Shown here one piece after another: positions 26,108-38,347 of a stretch of 64,000 nucleotides of DNA. Every line of letters begins with the position of its first letter. Positions within the stretch are counted from its first letter, which is position 1. The DNA lies in contig OZ024742.1 of the NCBI GenBank assembly GCA_964016885.1, forward strand, positions 212,970,001 to 213,034,000. Reading direction: 5' to 3'. The notes under the pieces were generated by a model. The model worked only from the letters and a program-made list of their open reading frames with translations. It searched no databases and was not told where the DNA came from. The stretch is from Eledone cirrhosa (lineage: Eukaryota). The position numbers were made by a program, and so were the translations under genes.

Positions 26108-26760
26108 TTCTGTAACATTCCATCATCATCTCATCTTAGCGAGCTGGTTGCACGGATCACCATAACTCTCTGCCTCCATCTGTCTTTGTCGTTCATTGCT
26201 CGTGGTAGGTCCTATAGACTCAGTATCCTCACATAACTGTTTATTATAGGTTATGTGAGGTCTGCCCACGTTGGAATACTCATGCTTTCGTATCCATAAC
26301 TGACGATTTCATCCTTTGTTCTCCAGCACTGTTTCGCAAATCTGGTTAGTCTCTCTCAGATGCTACGAAATATTTTATGTAGACGGCCGTAAAGTTACTT
26401 TTTTATAGAGTGCTGCTTCCAAGATATGTTTAAAGCCGCTCTGAACATTCTCGTCTATGTTCCATTAGGTTTCTTCTCGATTCGCTTAGTGTGTGTTGAC
26501 GTAGCACACCCGTAGAACACGACCGATTCCACTGTCAATTGGAAGAATTCACGTTTCATTTGTTTGGGGAGTATTGATTTTCAAATTGTAGTCAGCTTAT
26601 CCTAGGCACCCCAAACTTTGCTGATGCGTGTTGTTATGTTGCTTTCAGTGAGACATTGTTTCGAGATCTTTCTTCCAAGATAGGTGAACTGGTCAACCTT
26701 TTCAGAGTTTTACCGTTTTGTGAATTTATACCGCAACTTTCCAGTAATATTCGATATACT
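26108..26760 (-). mobile_element. Old RTE-clade LINE 3' fragment
   Basis: Minus-strand peptides resembling ES...YG, MFRAALNISWK, CWRTKDEI, GRP; short (GAT)n tail. Confidence 0.65.
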
Positions 26761-27059
26761 ATACATTTTCTTACAATTTTATCTAATTTCTCTTATGCAC
26801 AAACCTCTTATATGCTCAGTTGTTCCATGTATAGATTTCTTTAAAAACAGCCGAGTCTTTCTTAAAGTACACACAACTGTTTTAATTATGGAAAGGTCAC
26901 ATTAGAAAATATAGACATACATACCCTTAAAACGATGTCAGGAATACGATTAATCATAGGTTTGTTCGGTTAAGCTCCCCTAGGTCAAAATAAAAACTTC
27001 GACAATATTGTTACTGCTCTTCTTCTTCTTCTTCTTGGTTACTTTTGCAACATTGTCCC

Positions 27060-27760
27060 TATACACTAAACTGCACAGCATCCTGTTCAGTTCTTAACAG
27101 AGTTACATCCAACTGCCCATGCAAAAATAGATCAGTTGGAAAAAATATTACTCAATGATTAACATTAGAAACTGCAGGCGTGTATGTGTAAATGGCATGG
27201 TGGAGTTAAACCTCAGTTTAACTTTTGGTTCAACGACATGTTTTCATTAATGTTCCGCATTCACTAATAATGTCACCTTCATCCACGCGTTCATTTAAAT
27301 GGATTATTCAAATTCTTGTTCCGTTACGAAACCCATTAATCTTATCTAAATTTCGCATTAGCATTACGTGCTACTACTCTTTCAAAGCCGAAATATTGGG
27401 AGACTTCAGCAAATTTACAGCTGTTTATGAACCATACTGGATGTGAATAATACAGTCTTCATCACTGCAAGAGCCAACAATGTTGTTGTATCTCCATCAA
27501 ACATGTTGATAATTTCCTTGTGTACAAAATCAACATCACTATTAATAGGGGGCAATATTGTTTTGTTGCAAAATTTGAAAGATTCAATGAGCTGCCTAAA
27601 ACTAGATTTATCAGTTGACACTCTGTTGATACACCCTGAATGCCACTTGGATAGTCAATTCAGTTATCCCTTTCCTTCACCAACAGGAAATAAAAAATCA
27701 ACCCAATTACATTCCCATCAATTCTGTAATCTTAGATTAAATGTAAGTTTTCAGTTTCGT
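27060..27760 (-). pseudogene. Ancient Helitron PIF1 helicase remnant
   Basis: ILPPINSDVDFVHKEIINMFDG, LMRNLDKINGFRNGTRI and LFLHGQLDVTLLR match the helicase motifs of the young Helitron in the same order. Confidence 0.75.
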
Positions 27761-27779
27761 CACTTTCCTTCAAAATAAA

Positions 27780-28165
27780 ATAATTGTTTCTACTTTTGGC
27801 ACAAGGCCAACAATTACTCCAGTGTATTACTGGTATTTTATTTTATCGACCCCATAAGGATGAAAGGCAAAGTTAACCTCGGCGGGATTTAAACTCCGAC
27901 CATAAAGGGCCGTAACTCTATGCTGAAAAGCATGGCGTCCCACCCTCTACCGATACTACCAATCCACCAAATAAATAATTGTTTCTACTTTAGGCACAAG
28001 GCCAGCAATTACCCAGTGCATTACTGCTACTTTATTTTATCGACCCCGTAAGGATAAAAGGCAAAGTCAACCTCGGCGGGATTTGAACTCAGATCGTAAA
28101 GGGACGTAACTATGCTGGAAAGCATGGCGTCCGACCCTCTACTGATACTGCCAATCCACCAAATA
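27780..28165 (-). mobile_element. Two tandem family-1 SINEs
   Basis: Two ~190-bp head-to-tail units separated by a short aat tract. Confidence 0.9.
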
Positions 28166-29369
28166 AATAATGGGGCCTAACTTTGTTCACGAAAGCTTAC
28201 TTGCTAGTAGTTCTTAGTGATAGGAAGAGTTAGTCGAACATCGCCTGCAAACAACATGATTCTTTGAAAATTAGAGTTAAAGCATTAATAGAAAAGATCA
28301 GGAAATCTACAATACAGCCAAATCTAGCCAAAGCTAGTATGTTCGTACAAAATTGGTACTGTTTTTCTCCTATGGTATATTTGGTAAGATATTCGTTATT
28401 TTTGGTTCGTTTTTGGAACTTTGCGATGCTATTAAAAGTTTAACATTATCAGTGGACAAAAAAATATGGATATTTGCTCAGACAATGATGAAAATGATAA
28501 AGAAAATAATACCTTCTATATGTAAATTTGAGATAACTTCCATTCGTCCGACCGTCACACAATATGTGTGTGTATGTGTGTGAATGCATGTGTGTGCAAA
28601 TGGAAGGATGGGGGATGGTGAAAAAACTATAGCAAAACACCGGTTGGCGTTCCATTTGCTACGCTGTGTGTGAGTGTATGTGTAAATGTATGCGTGTGTG
28701 TTTGTGTGAATGTATGTGTGTGTTTGTGTGGATATATGTGTATTTGTATGAATGTATGCCTGTCAGTGTGTATATTTATAAGTGTGTCTGTGTTTGCGCG
28801 TTTATATTTATATACTCATACATATAAATGTATTCATATGCACCCCCTACCCCACACACACATACACACATACACACATATACACATACGCATCAGCATG
28901 TTGAAAAAATCCTAGTTAAATAAAAAGAAACAAAAGCTCAAATTTTCATTCGAACAAAAATTGTCATCTAAGTTGTGGTCACATGAATATATTTCTCCCT
29001 TTCTTGTCAGGAAAAAATAACTCAGTAAATGTTTCTGCTAATCATGCAGTAGTTGGTAGCTTAAGTAAAATTGAAAAAGATAAACAAGCACAAAATATTC
29101 TAAAATTAAGAAAACATATTTCGAATCTATGAATACTCCTCAATCCAACCTCTATTTATTTAGCACAGATGGAAGTTGGTGAGTTTAATTTTGTTGATTT
29201 ATTGCAGGACAATTCACCAATGTCGCTTTGACATTAGCTATATAGACTCAATGCCGTTGTCCGTTCAGATTCGAAAATAAAAAAGGGAATCAAAAGGACA
29301 TGTACTAGAACTAAGATGACCAATTGAAAGTGGAAAGGAAAATTTATTACCATCATTATTATTATATAA

Positions 29370-30145
29370 CGGCGGTGAATTGACAGTATCGGTGGAGGGT
29401 CGGACGCCATGCTTTCCACCATAGTTACGCCCCTTTATGCTCTGAGTTCAAATCCCGTCGTGGTTAACTTTGCTTTTCATCCTTGCGGGGTCGATAAAAT
29501 AAAGTATCAGTAATGTACTGGGTTATTGCTGGCCTTGTGCCAAAAGTAGAAACAATTATTATTATATAACGGCAGAATCGGTAGAGCGTCGGACACCTTG
29601 CTTCGTGGCATAGAGTTACGGCCTTTTACGTTCTTTATGATCTGATTTCAAATCCCGCTGAGATTAGCTTTGCCTTTCATCCTTACGGGGTTGATAAAAT
29701 AAAGCACCAGTAATGCATCGACTTTCCCATCCCCTTAAAATTACTGGCCTTGTGCCTAAAGTAGAAACAATTATTATTAAAGGAAAGGTAATTTAATTAC
29801 GGCCCTTTACATTCTGAGTTCAAATCCCGCCGAGGTCAGTTTTGTCTCTCATTCTTTCAAGGGCGATAAGATAAGGTACCAGTTAAGTACTGGAGGGGAT
29901 ATAATAGAGTTTCCCCCTTCCCTTCAAATTGCTGGCCTTGTACCAATCTTAGAAAAAGATCATTAAGGGCAGTATCCGCAGAGCGTCGAACAACATGCTT
30001 CGCGGCATATAATTACGAAGTTAGGTTTGCTTTACATCCATACGGGGTCGATAAAATAAAGTACCAGTAACACACTGAGGACATTTTAATCGACCGCCCC
30101 CCCCCCCCATAAATTGTTGGCCTTGTGCCTAAATCAGAAACCATG
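29370..30145 (+). mobile_element. Array of four tandem family-1 SINEs
   Basis: Repeated units ending ggccttgtgcc..agaaac, most followed by ATT repeats. Confidence 0.9.
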
Positions 30146-30149
30146 TTTA

Positions 30150-30780
30150 ACAACAATTACGAAATGACAAGTCAAAACCTACTATTTGTCACCAATATTG
30201 TTAATGTTATGATGAAGTGCATCGAAGAGTTCCATTCTTCTTGAAATAGAGAAATCCAGAAATCTTCATACAGCCTTGTATTTCCTATTCATACACTTGT
30301 TTGCTTTTAAAACCTGTATTGAATTGTCACATTATTTAAAAGAGTTAGTCAGAAATAGTGTTTCATATTTGGGCAATAGTCATAAGTGCATAAATGAGTA
30401 TAAAGAATTTCAAAAATTTACAAATATCAATTCTCAAAAACATTCTCTGCATTAGTTGTACAAGATGACTTTCCCTTGAGCGTGTGGTGAAAAGAATTTT
30501 AGAAAACTAGCCTACATTTTTCTTGTTCTTTACATCTGCTACCTTAGATCTTATTCCTCTGGCTTCTACATTTTTAGAGGCATTTCCAAAATCACATTAC
30601 AAGAATGCGTTTTATTTTCTTTGTTTAGGTTTTGTCTGATATTGAAGTTTCAAGCAGAACAATTTAAAATTCAAAATATATGAATTTTATTGAAGGAATT
30701 CTTAGTAACTACATCAAATAAGAAAGTTTGAAACCTAATGTTATAAATAGAATTAAAGTTAATAATCATTCAGCATATCT
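30150..30780 (+). pseudogene. Decayed hAT-superfamily transposase remnant
   Basis: NPEIFIQPCISYS, YKEFQKF and ILCISCTR*LSLERVVKRILEN* resemble the CxCH and TRWLS..V.RILEQW motifs of hAT transposases. Confidence 0.6.
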
Positions 30781-30789
30781 CAGAATAGT

Positions 30790-30904
30790 TGGCCTTGTGT
30801 CTAAATCAGAAACCATTATTATTATTATTTCTCTGGCCTTGTGCCTATAATAGAAATCTATATTATTATTATTTCTCTGGCCTTGTGCCTATAATAGAAA
30901 TCTA

Positions 30905-30938
<34 letters not shown>
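30790..30938 (+). repeat. Tandem SINE-tail units plus (ATT)n
   Basis: Three units of (ct)ggccttgtg..gaaa followed by ATT repeats, ending in a long ATT tract (30905-30938). Confidence 0.85.
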
Positions 30939-30939
<1 letters not shown>

Positions 30940-33180
30940 TTTAAGTCTCAGTCATTGATGTTAGTTACCTGGAAAGTTTGTTGAAATGAATATCAAACCA
31001 CTACCTGCAGCCTCAGATATTCAGGACGTATCGGAGGGTTCTTGCTGTTCCCAGCAAGCATGCCTTTTGAAGCGTTCCAAAAAGCGTGAAGGGGCCAATT
31101 TTCTTTAACCATCCCTGGAAACTTTTTGAGATAGTACCTAGTGCGCCTATGACAATCGGGACCACTTTGACTTCATGGCAGTTCCGAATCCTTTTTACCT
31201 TCCACTTTAAGTCCTGGTATCGGTTAATTTTCTCCCTCTCCTTCTCTTGCACTCTCGTGTCGAATGGGCAGGCCACATCCACAATCAGGCACGATCTTTT
31301 TTCTTTGTCCACAACCACCAGGTCAGGTCTATTGTGTTCCAGTTTCTTGTCCGTCTGTATCCTAAAATCCCACAACACCTTCACCTGATCGTTTTCTATC
31401 ACCGACTCTGGCTTATGCTCATACCACTTCTCAGAATGTGGTAAATTGTTTACTTTGCATAGGTGCCAGTGGATCACCCTGCCCATCGCATCATGTCTCC
31501 AGCCCTTATAGTGAGTCTGGGCTAGGTGTTTACACTCGGATACAATGTGAGCCACATTACGGACAGACATGTGATAGGTCTATAGTTGGTAACATCATTA
31601 CCCTTGATTCGGTCTTTCATTATCAGAACTGTGGTACCTTTTGTCAACCACTCTGGTACCTCACCTGACATCAAGCAGTCATTGAACATGGTTGTCAGTT
31701 TCGGGTGGAGGGATGTTATATTTTTAATCCAATACCCCTGCACACCATCTGGGCCTGGTGATTTCCAGTTGGTTAGTTTTTTGGCCTGCCCCTTAAGAGT
31801 TTCAACTGTGATACTCAAATCAGTTTGTTGGTGTGCCTGTTCACTAATCTCCTTCTGTACTGTCTCAATCCCCACTGCCTGGTCATTATGTTTAACATCC
31901 TGCTCCCATATTCCTCTCCAGAATGTTTTAGTTTGTTCCGCCTCAGAGATCAAGTCGTTTCCTCTTTCTTTCCCTTCAAGCTGTCCAAACAGCATCTTCT
32001 GGTTGTTGTCAAACATGCGGTTCTGTCTATACTGACTGACTCTGTTCTCGTATCGCCTGATTTTTGCACTCTTTGCTACAATGCGTTGCTTCAGTTCCTC
32101 TATGATAATATTTAGCTTTTTCCTCCTAGTTTTGTACTTTATTTCCAGTCTATTTTTAGTGTCTATGTTTTTTAGTGTCCCATTCAGTAGGGACTCAAGC
32201 TTTCCAATGTCATTTCTCATTTCCCTGATTTGACCACTCAGTCGTTTCTTCCACCAAGGCTCTAATCTTCCTTGTTTGTTGTTTCCTCTCGCTTTTATAC
32301 CAAGTAATTTCCTCACCGTATTTGCTGTTGCTTTGAGGATATTGTTGCACTGGTGAAGGCTCCTTGCCTCAAGGTATGGGATGACTTTGTTTACCTTAGC
32401 TGTTGTTTCTTTTAACTTTTCCTGTCTACAAATCTTAGGTTCATAGGTTTCCCACTATCATTGTTCAATTCATCTACCACTAAGTTTAGGATATCAACCA
32501 AATCTTGTCCTAGCCCGTCAGCATTCATCTCCTCAGTGGCCGTATCTCTGTTCCAGGTATTATTTATTTCAGCATTCAGATCATTGTCTGCTTCGGATGG
32601 TTCCTCCGTTCTCTCGACCTCTTCACCTTCATTTCCCACTGGCTCGTTTGCCTGGCATACTCCACTCTCCATTTCCAAGCTAATCTCTCTGCTCAGTTCC
32701 TCCAGTTCCAGCTCGCTTATCCACCCATTAGTTCTTATTACCCGAGCCTGCCCGGCCAATTTTTGTTCATCTAATTTAAATAGATCAATCTCCTTCCAGA
32801 TTTTATGCATCCGTTTCCTATAGCCTTTCTCCTTGGGGTTACTCTTCAGGTAACATTGCATAACAGTTCTATTTAATTCTTTCGTCCAGTTGGTTCTGGT
32901 CCCTTTCCTTCTTCTTCTTCCTCCTCCGACACCAGCAGTATTTGGTTGACAGCCAGGTCCCTGCTGCTGAGCCAGGGAGCACCTGTTGGGTGAGAGTCTG
33001 TCACATGACATTCTAGTCTCCACTTCACCGTTATTCGAACTGTTTAGGTTCGACATTTAAACACTCTTATCAAGGATTGGCGAATGTATGGCTACATAAC
33101 CACCGGTGATTTGATCACCTCCGGTGATTTCGTCACTCCCGGTGATTTTTGTGTGGCATTATCACGCTGTAGACGAACAT
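30939..33180 (-). mobile_element. R4/Dong-clade non-LTR retrotransposon with RT core deleted, abutting (TAA)n
   Basis: N-terminal WTKELNRTVMQCY..GYRKRM..W..EQKLAGQAR; KSPGPDG..YWIK; NYRPITCLS joined directly to VAHIVSEC..RHD..RPDLVVVD..DVACP..EK. Confidence 0.9.
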
Positions 33181-33429
33181 AAATAAACAAACAAACAAAC
33201 ATGCAAAAAACCCCCAAAAAATGAATAAGCATAAGTTTCATTGTAATGTAATGTTTGAATGTCTGACTTAGTTTTTCCCTTCCCTTCTCTGCCCGTCTGT
33301 TTGTTCTTCTCTTCATTTTTCTTTTCTTTACGTTTTTCGTTGTTGCTGTGCTGATTTGATTTTGATTTTGGTTTTTTGATTTTGAGCGGGTCATCAATTC
33401 AGTCTATTTATATATTTTGATGCCTTCCT

Positions 33430-36400
33430 ACAGCGAAATTAACACAAATTGATAACACAAACACCACCACAAACAATGTAAACAAAGACACCAATGATAC
33501 CAATGAGAACTCTAATTTTGAAAAAAATGACAGTAACAGCAACAACCAAAATACAGATAACAAAAAAACAACAAAACAAATGCAACAACAATATCAACAC
33601 CACTAACATGAAAACAAATAGCGACAACACCAACAGCAACAATACCAACTGCACCGAGAACAACGGTGGCAACAAAGACAACAATGATAACAGCGACAGT
33701 GATAACAACAACACCAACAAGAACAACGACAACGACAAAAACAGCCCCAACGACAACAAGAAAAACACTTTCGCTGCGGCAAAAAAGAGGCCATGCTTCA
33801 ACATGGACTTCTCAAACAAAAATGAAAAGTTGGCCCAGGCATGGAAGTTCATCAAGCAAGAGCAAACCTGGCCCAACTTAACTGTCCCGGTAGAAGCTAT
33901 TGAGGCAGTGGAGCGCAGAACGGTGCATTATAGATGCATCTAAGCACAAACCAAAAGGGCAGCTTTAATCCCACAAAAAGATGTCGAAGTCGCGCTGAGG
34001 TGCATCAGAGAAGACACCGAATACATAGAGAGGGGCAGACAGTACGGCACTATTTCAGTGTTGTTCAAGTCAGAAGCCCTCGTTATGAAACACGCTATGA
34101 CTCCTTGCAAAACCAGCAAGGTCATAATGTACCCCTCCCACATGGGAAAAAGAACGGCCCGTCTCCGCATTCCCAGAATCCCACCAGGACTTGACATGTG
34201 GTGGCTTCTGGGATGTGTGATTGTGGAGCGGATGGATACCGTCCCTATAGAAGTGACCGGAACGGCCAGAGAGGACTGGTCCGGGGTTGACCTGGAGATC
34301 CTTCTCCAGATCAGGCCCGAGAATGTGAAGACAATCCCGTGCCACATCCGCTTTCAGAATGGGACGGTCATTCACATTATGACCGAAGGCAAAAGGCCGC
34401 GGTGTTTTGTTTGTGGTGAAAAAACCCATTTGCGAGCCTTCTGCCCTCAACTGCTGAAAGAGGCAAGGGGTCGAAAGGCACCACTGCTGCTGACGCCGGG
34501 GCGAGGACCACAACCAACACCAGCACCGGCAAAACCACCAACAACAACACCAATAGAAAGACCACCACCAACATTGACCACCCAGGGGGGAAACGAGAAA
34601 AGCTGTCAATTCCCCCCTCCCCCCCAAAAATACACACACCAATAAAACCATAAACATACATACAGACACACTTGCAGACACAGACCCCTCATCTACCAGT
34701 AGTGAAGATGAGGGAAAACCCAAATCCTTCAAAATACAAAAAAGGAAACACAAAAAAAAGAACTCAACAAAGCACATAATCACTCACAATAAAAAACGCA
34801 GACACCACCCACGCAAACATCCCTCCAATAACACCAACATCAACACCACCATCACCATCACCAGAATCCCCCAAACGCAAACAACCTAAACAGACGCAAG
34901 AACAAATATACACACAAACATCTGAAATCCCAGACACCGCACTCACAACAAACAGAGACACAACCGAAACAACACCACCAAAACCATCACCACCACAGCC
35001 ACATAAACAAATAAAATCACACCAACAAAACTTACCAAACTTCGTGCTCGTCAGGACGGCATCTAGACTGGAACGGCATCTTAGACGCACACTGGGACTG
35101 TGTGGGAGTATCCGATAGGAGCGGGGGGTGCAAAAGCCTCAAGAACCTGATCAGCTAGTTCCAACTGTCTGACAGGTACCGACTAGATTTCCCTAATGCG
35201 CCAGTGTGGACCTGGGCTAACCGCATAAGGTCATCTAGATCGTATATAGACAGGATATTCATTAGGTAATAGTGTAAGCTGTCCACGTTTTGAAACGGTC
35301 GCCTATTCAGATCACAAGTTTGTGATCTGTATGGTCGACCTAGGTAAGACGCGTAGGTTAGGGCCTGGTTACTGGAAGCTAAACATGTCATTTCCGGCAC
35401 GTAAGGCTTACAGGGACCAGGTCAACAATTTAGTTAAGAAAAAGTTGACCGGGGGAATCGTCAACAATAGATGGTGGGGGACTCTCAAAAGAGAGATTAG
35501 AGTAATGTCGATAGAGTTTAGCAAAGAAGTAGCGTTAGAGAAAAATAGAAAGGAGGGGCAGTTGGTACATAAGTTAGACGAGGCTATTGGTAGTGGCATT
35601 GCAACTGATGTGCTAGCGGCGAGAATGGCATTAGACCATTTCTTCAATGCGAAACACGAAGGTTGCATTGTCAGAGCTAAGGCGCGTGCTCTGAGAAACG
35701 AGGGAACCAAAGTTGTTCGATGGGCCCGCGTGGTAGAGGCGAAGCGTGGTAATAAAACCACGATTCGGTCTTTGACGGACTGAGACGGGCACGAGTTGAG
35801 CGATTCCAAGAGGATGTGTGAGGCCTTTCGCCAACATTTTGCTCGGTTGTTCGGGGGAAGTGGCGGGTCAGAGATGGTGGCGGACTTCAATCCCTACCTC
35901 GATGGCTTGCCGCAACTCTCGACGGCTGACGCTGGGCGCTGCAAAAGGCCAATTACTTTAGCCGAGATTCAGGATGCCCTTGTCGGCTGCATGAGGCGCA
36001 AGTCACCCGGTTTGGATGGTCTGCCCTACGAGCTTTACGTAAATATGCCAGACTTGTTCTCCAATCTCCTCGAAGCTCTCTACTGCAACTGGCAGCAAAA
36101 CGGGAGTATTCCCAGTTCTGTGAACCGGGGCATAGTGACGCTGATAAGGAAAGACGAGAACAAGAGGGACACATTAGACAATTTCAGGCCCATAACTCTG
36201 CTCAACACAGAGTTTAAGATTTTGGCCAGGGTGTTAGCGAAGAGGTTGGCGCTTGTCGTCGGGGATTTGGTTGGGGAGGCGCAAACTTGCGCAATCTCAA
36301 CCAGGTCCATACACGACAACCTCCACCTAATGCGATACATCATAGAGAGGGTAGGGTGTAAACCTGGCTTCGGTGGGGCTCTGATCAATTTAGATCAATC

Positions 36401-38315
36401 GAAAGCATTCGATAGGGTCGACCATCGGTACCTGGAGGCTGTCCTCAAGGCGGCTGGCTTCGGCCCCGTCTTCAGAAGCTGGATCGTTGCAATGCACAGC
36501 GGCACTTGCTCGATGGTCAAAATTAATGGCCACCTCTCGGAACCGTTTCAGGTCTCCCGATCGGTCCGTTAAGGGTGCCCTCTCTCCTCCCTTCTGTACG
36601 TATTGACTCACGAGCCTTTACTGCGGAAGTTGGAGCTGTTGCAGGGCATCCCGCTCGAACCGGGACGCGGAAAGGCTGTGTCGGCTTATGCGGACGACAT
36701 CACCGTGATGGTGTCGGACACCTCAGAAATCGAGGTGGTCGGCAACTTATTGGAGGAATATGAAAGGTTGACGGGAGCAAAACTTAACCCGGAAAAGTCA
36801 ATGGGCTTGTAACTCGGCACCAGGAGAGGCAAGTCCATGCCGTCCAACAGTGTCGTTAGACGCTGGACGGACGAACCGGTAAAGTTGCTAGGGGTTTGGT
36901 TCGGGCCAGTCCTCCAGGTGGATAAGAATTGGGACGAGGTGACGGGCAGGGTAGTCAGTCTCACCCAGAAATGGGCTGGGATGAAGCTATCACTGAAAGG
37001 TCGGGCGGAAGTGACGAACGCGTACATCGCGCCGTCACCTACTACCGTCTGACCGTCGTCCCTTGCCCCCGTTCGCGCCCCGCCATCTTGGAGCGGCTCC
37101 TCTTCAAATTCTTGTGGAGGGGTCAGGTTCCGCTGGTGAGGCGGTCCATCTTCTGGCAGCACCCTCTACGTGGAGGGCTGGGCATGCCGTAGCTAATGAT
37201 GCGCAGGCACGCGCTGAGGCTGCGGCATCTCCAGATATTCTGCCTAAACGGTGAACAAGTGTGGTCGCCGTTTGTCAGACGGGCTTTTCCGCAGCTCGTT
37301 TCTTTGACTGAGCTGCAGTCCTGGGTCAAGAAGAAACCGAGACTGGGTGACTGGCATCTTGAATGTTGCCAGGCACTCACTGCCCTCTACCAGGCGGGGA
37401 ATGCGGTCAGTGGAACTTCCACTCTCGAGTTCTATAGAGGATTAGTGGTGGGCAAGTGCGACGACGCACTCGGGGAGGCTCTGGGAGTCAACGAAGTCGA
37501 ACTAACCACTCTGTACCGGAGGACTTTCGAGCCGGGGACGATGGATAATTTCCAAAAATCACTCGCTTGGCAGTGCTACCGGGGGGCACTGCCGGTTCGA
37601 GATAAACTCTACAGGCACGGAAGTGCTGTCAGACGGACCTGCCCGAGATGCGCGCAGAGCGACGAAACCGTTCTGCACGCACTCGTCCAGTGTCCGTGCA
37701 TTACTGACTTGTGGAGTTATGTTGAACAGCTGTTGTTGCGTGTAGAACGAGTCCATAGTGAAGATCGACTCGCCGCCTTCTTTTGGCCAGGAAGGGCAGG
37801 CAATTTTCCTCTGTCTGGTGGCAGTAGCGAAAGAGGTTATATGGTGGACGAGGTTGAAAGGACTGAAGACAGACACTTTTCTCTTAGGCCAATCCCTCAT
37901 CAACTTTTTCAAGTTTCACTTGGAAAGGAAGGTGAGGGTGGAGAGAGAAGTGCTGCCCCCTAGTACATTTGCTGAAAGGTGGGTGAATGTGGCGAGAATG
38001 GCCCGTGTGAGTGGGCTTACTCTGGTCATGCGGCTGTAGGTAGGTAAATTTGAAGAGGAGAGGGGGTGCCCTTCCAAGGTGCTCTCGAAGCGTCGGGTCG
38101 TTCAGGACTGGTGGGGTACCTGAGCGAACCCTGGGTGGTCATCCCCCCTTTTGGGGAATTTTTTCTTGTAATTTTCTTGTTACTTTATTGTTACTTTGTT
38201 ATTGTTACTTTGTTATTGTTATTCATATTGTTTACTCGATTTTTCTGTAAAACCCCACTGTCCCAGTCTTTTGTATTGTCCCCTATATGTCGGCCCTTGT
38301 GGCCAATAAATGAAA

Positions 38316-38317
<2 letters not shown>
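33430..38317 (+). mobile_element. Tx1-type L1-clade LINE copy A (decayed, 5' end unclear)
   Basis: ORF1 fragments with CFVCGEKTHLRAFC knuckle; ORF1 end and APE start deleted (~35066); RT KSPGLDG, DQSKAFDRV, YADD; C-terminal CPRC..H..C; AATAAA followed by (ATT)n. Confidence 0.9.

Positions 38318-38347
<30 letters not shown>

Noticed and set aside
29160-29220. Apparent micro-exon with gtgagt..ttgcag intron
   Set aside because: Intron would be only about 29 nt and there is no coherent reading frame; lies near the decayed hAT remnant.
29370-30145. Regularly spaced repeats as CRISPR or tRNA array
   Set aside because: Units are whole ~200-bp SINE copies.
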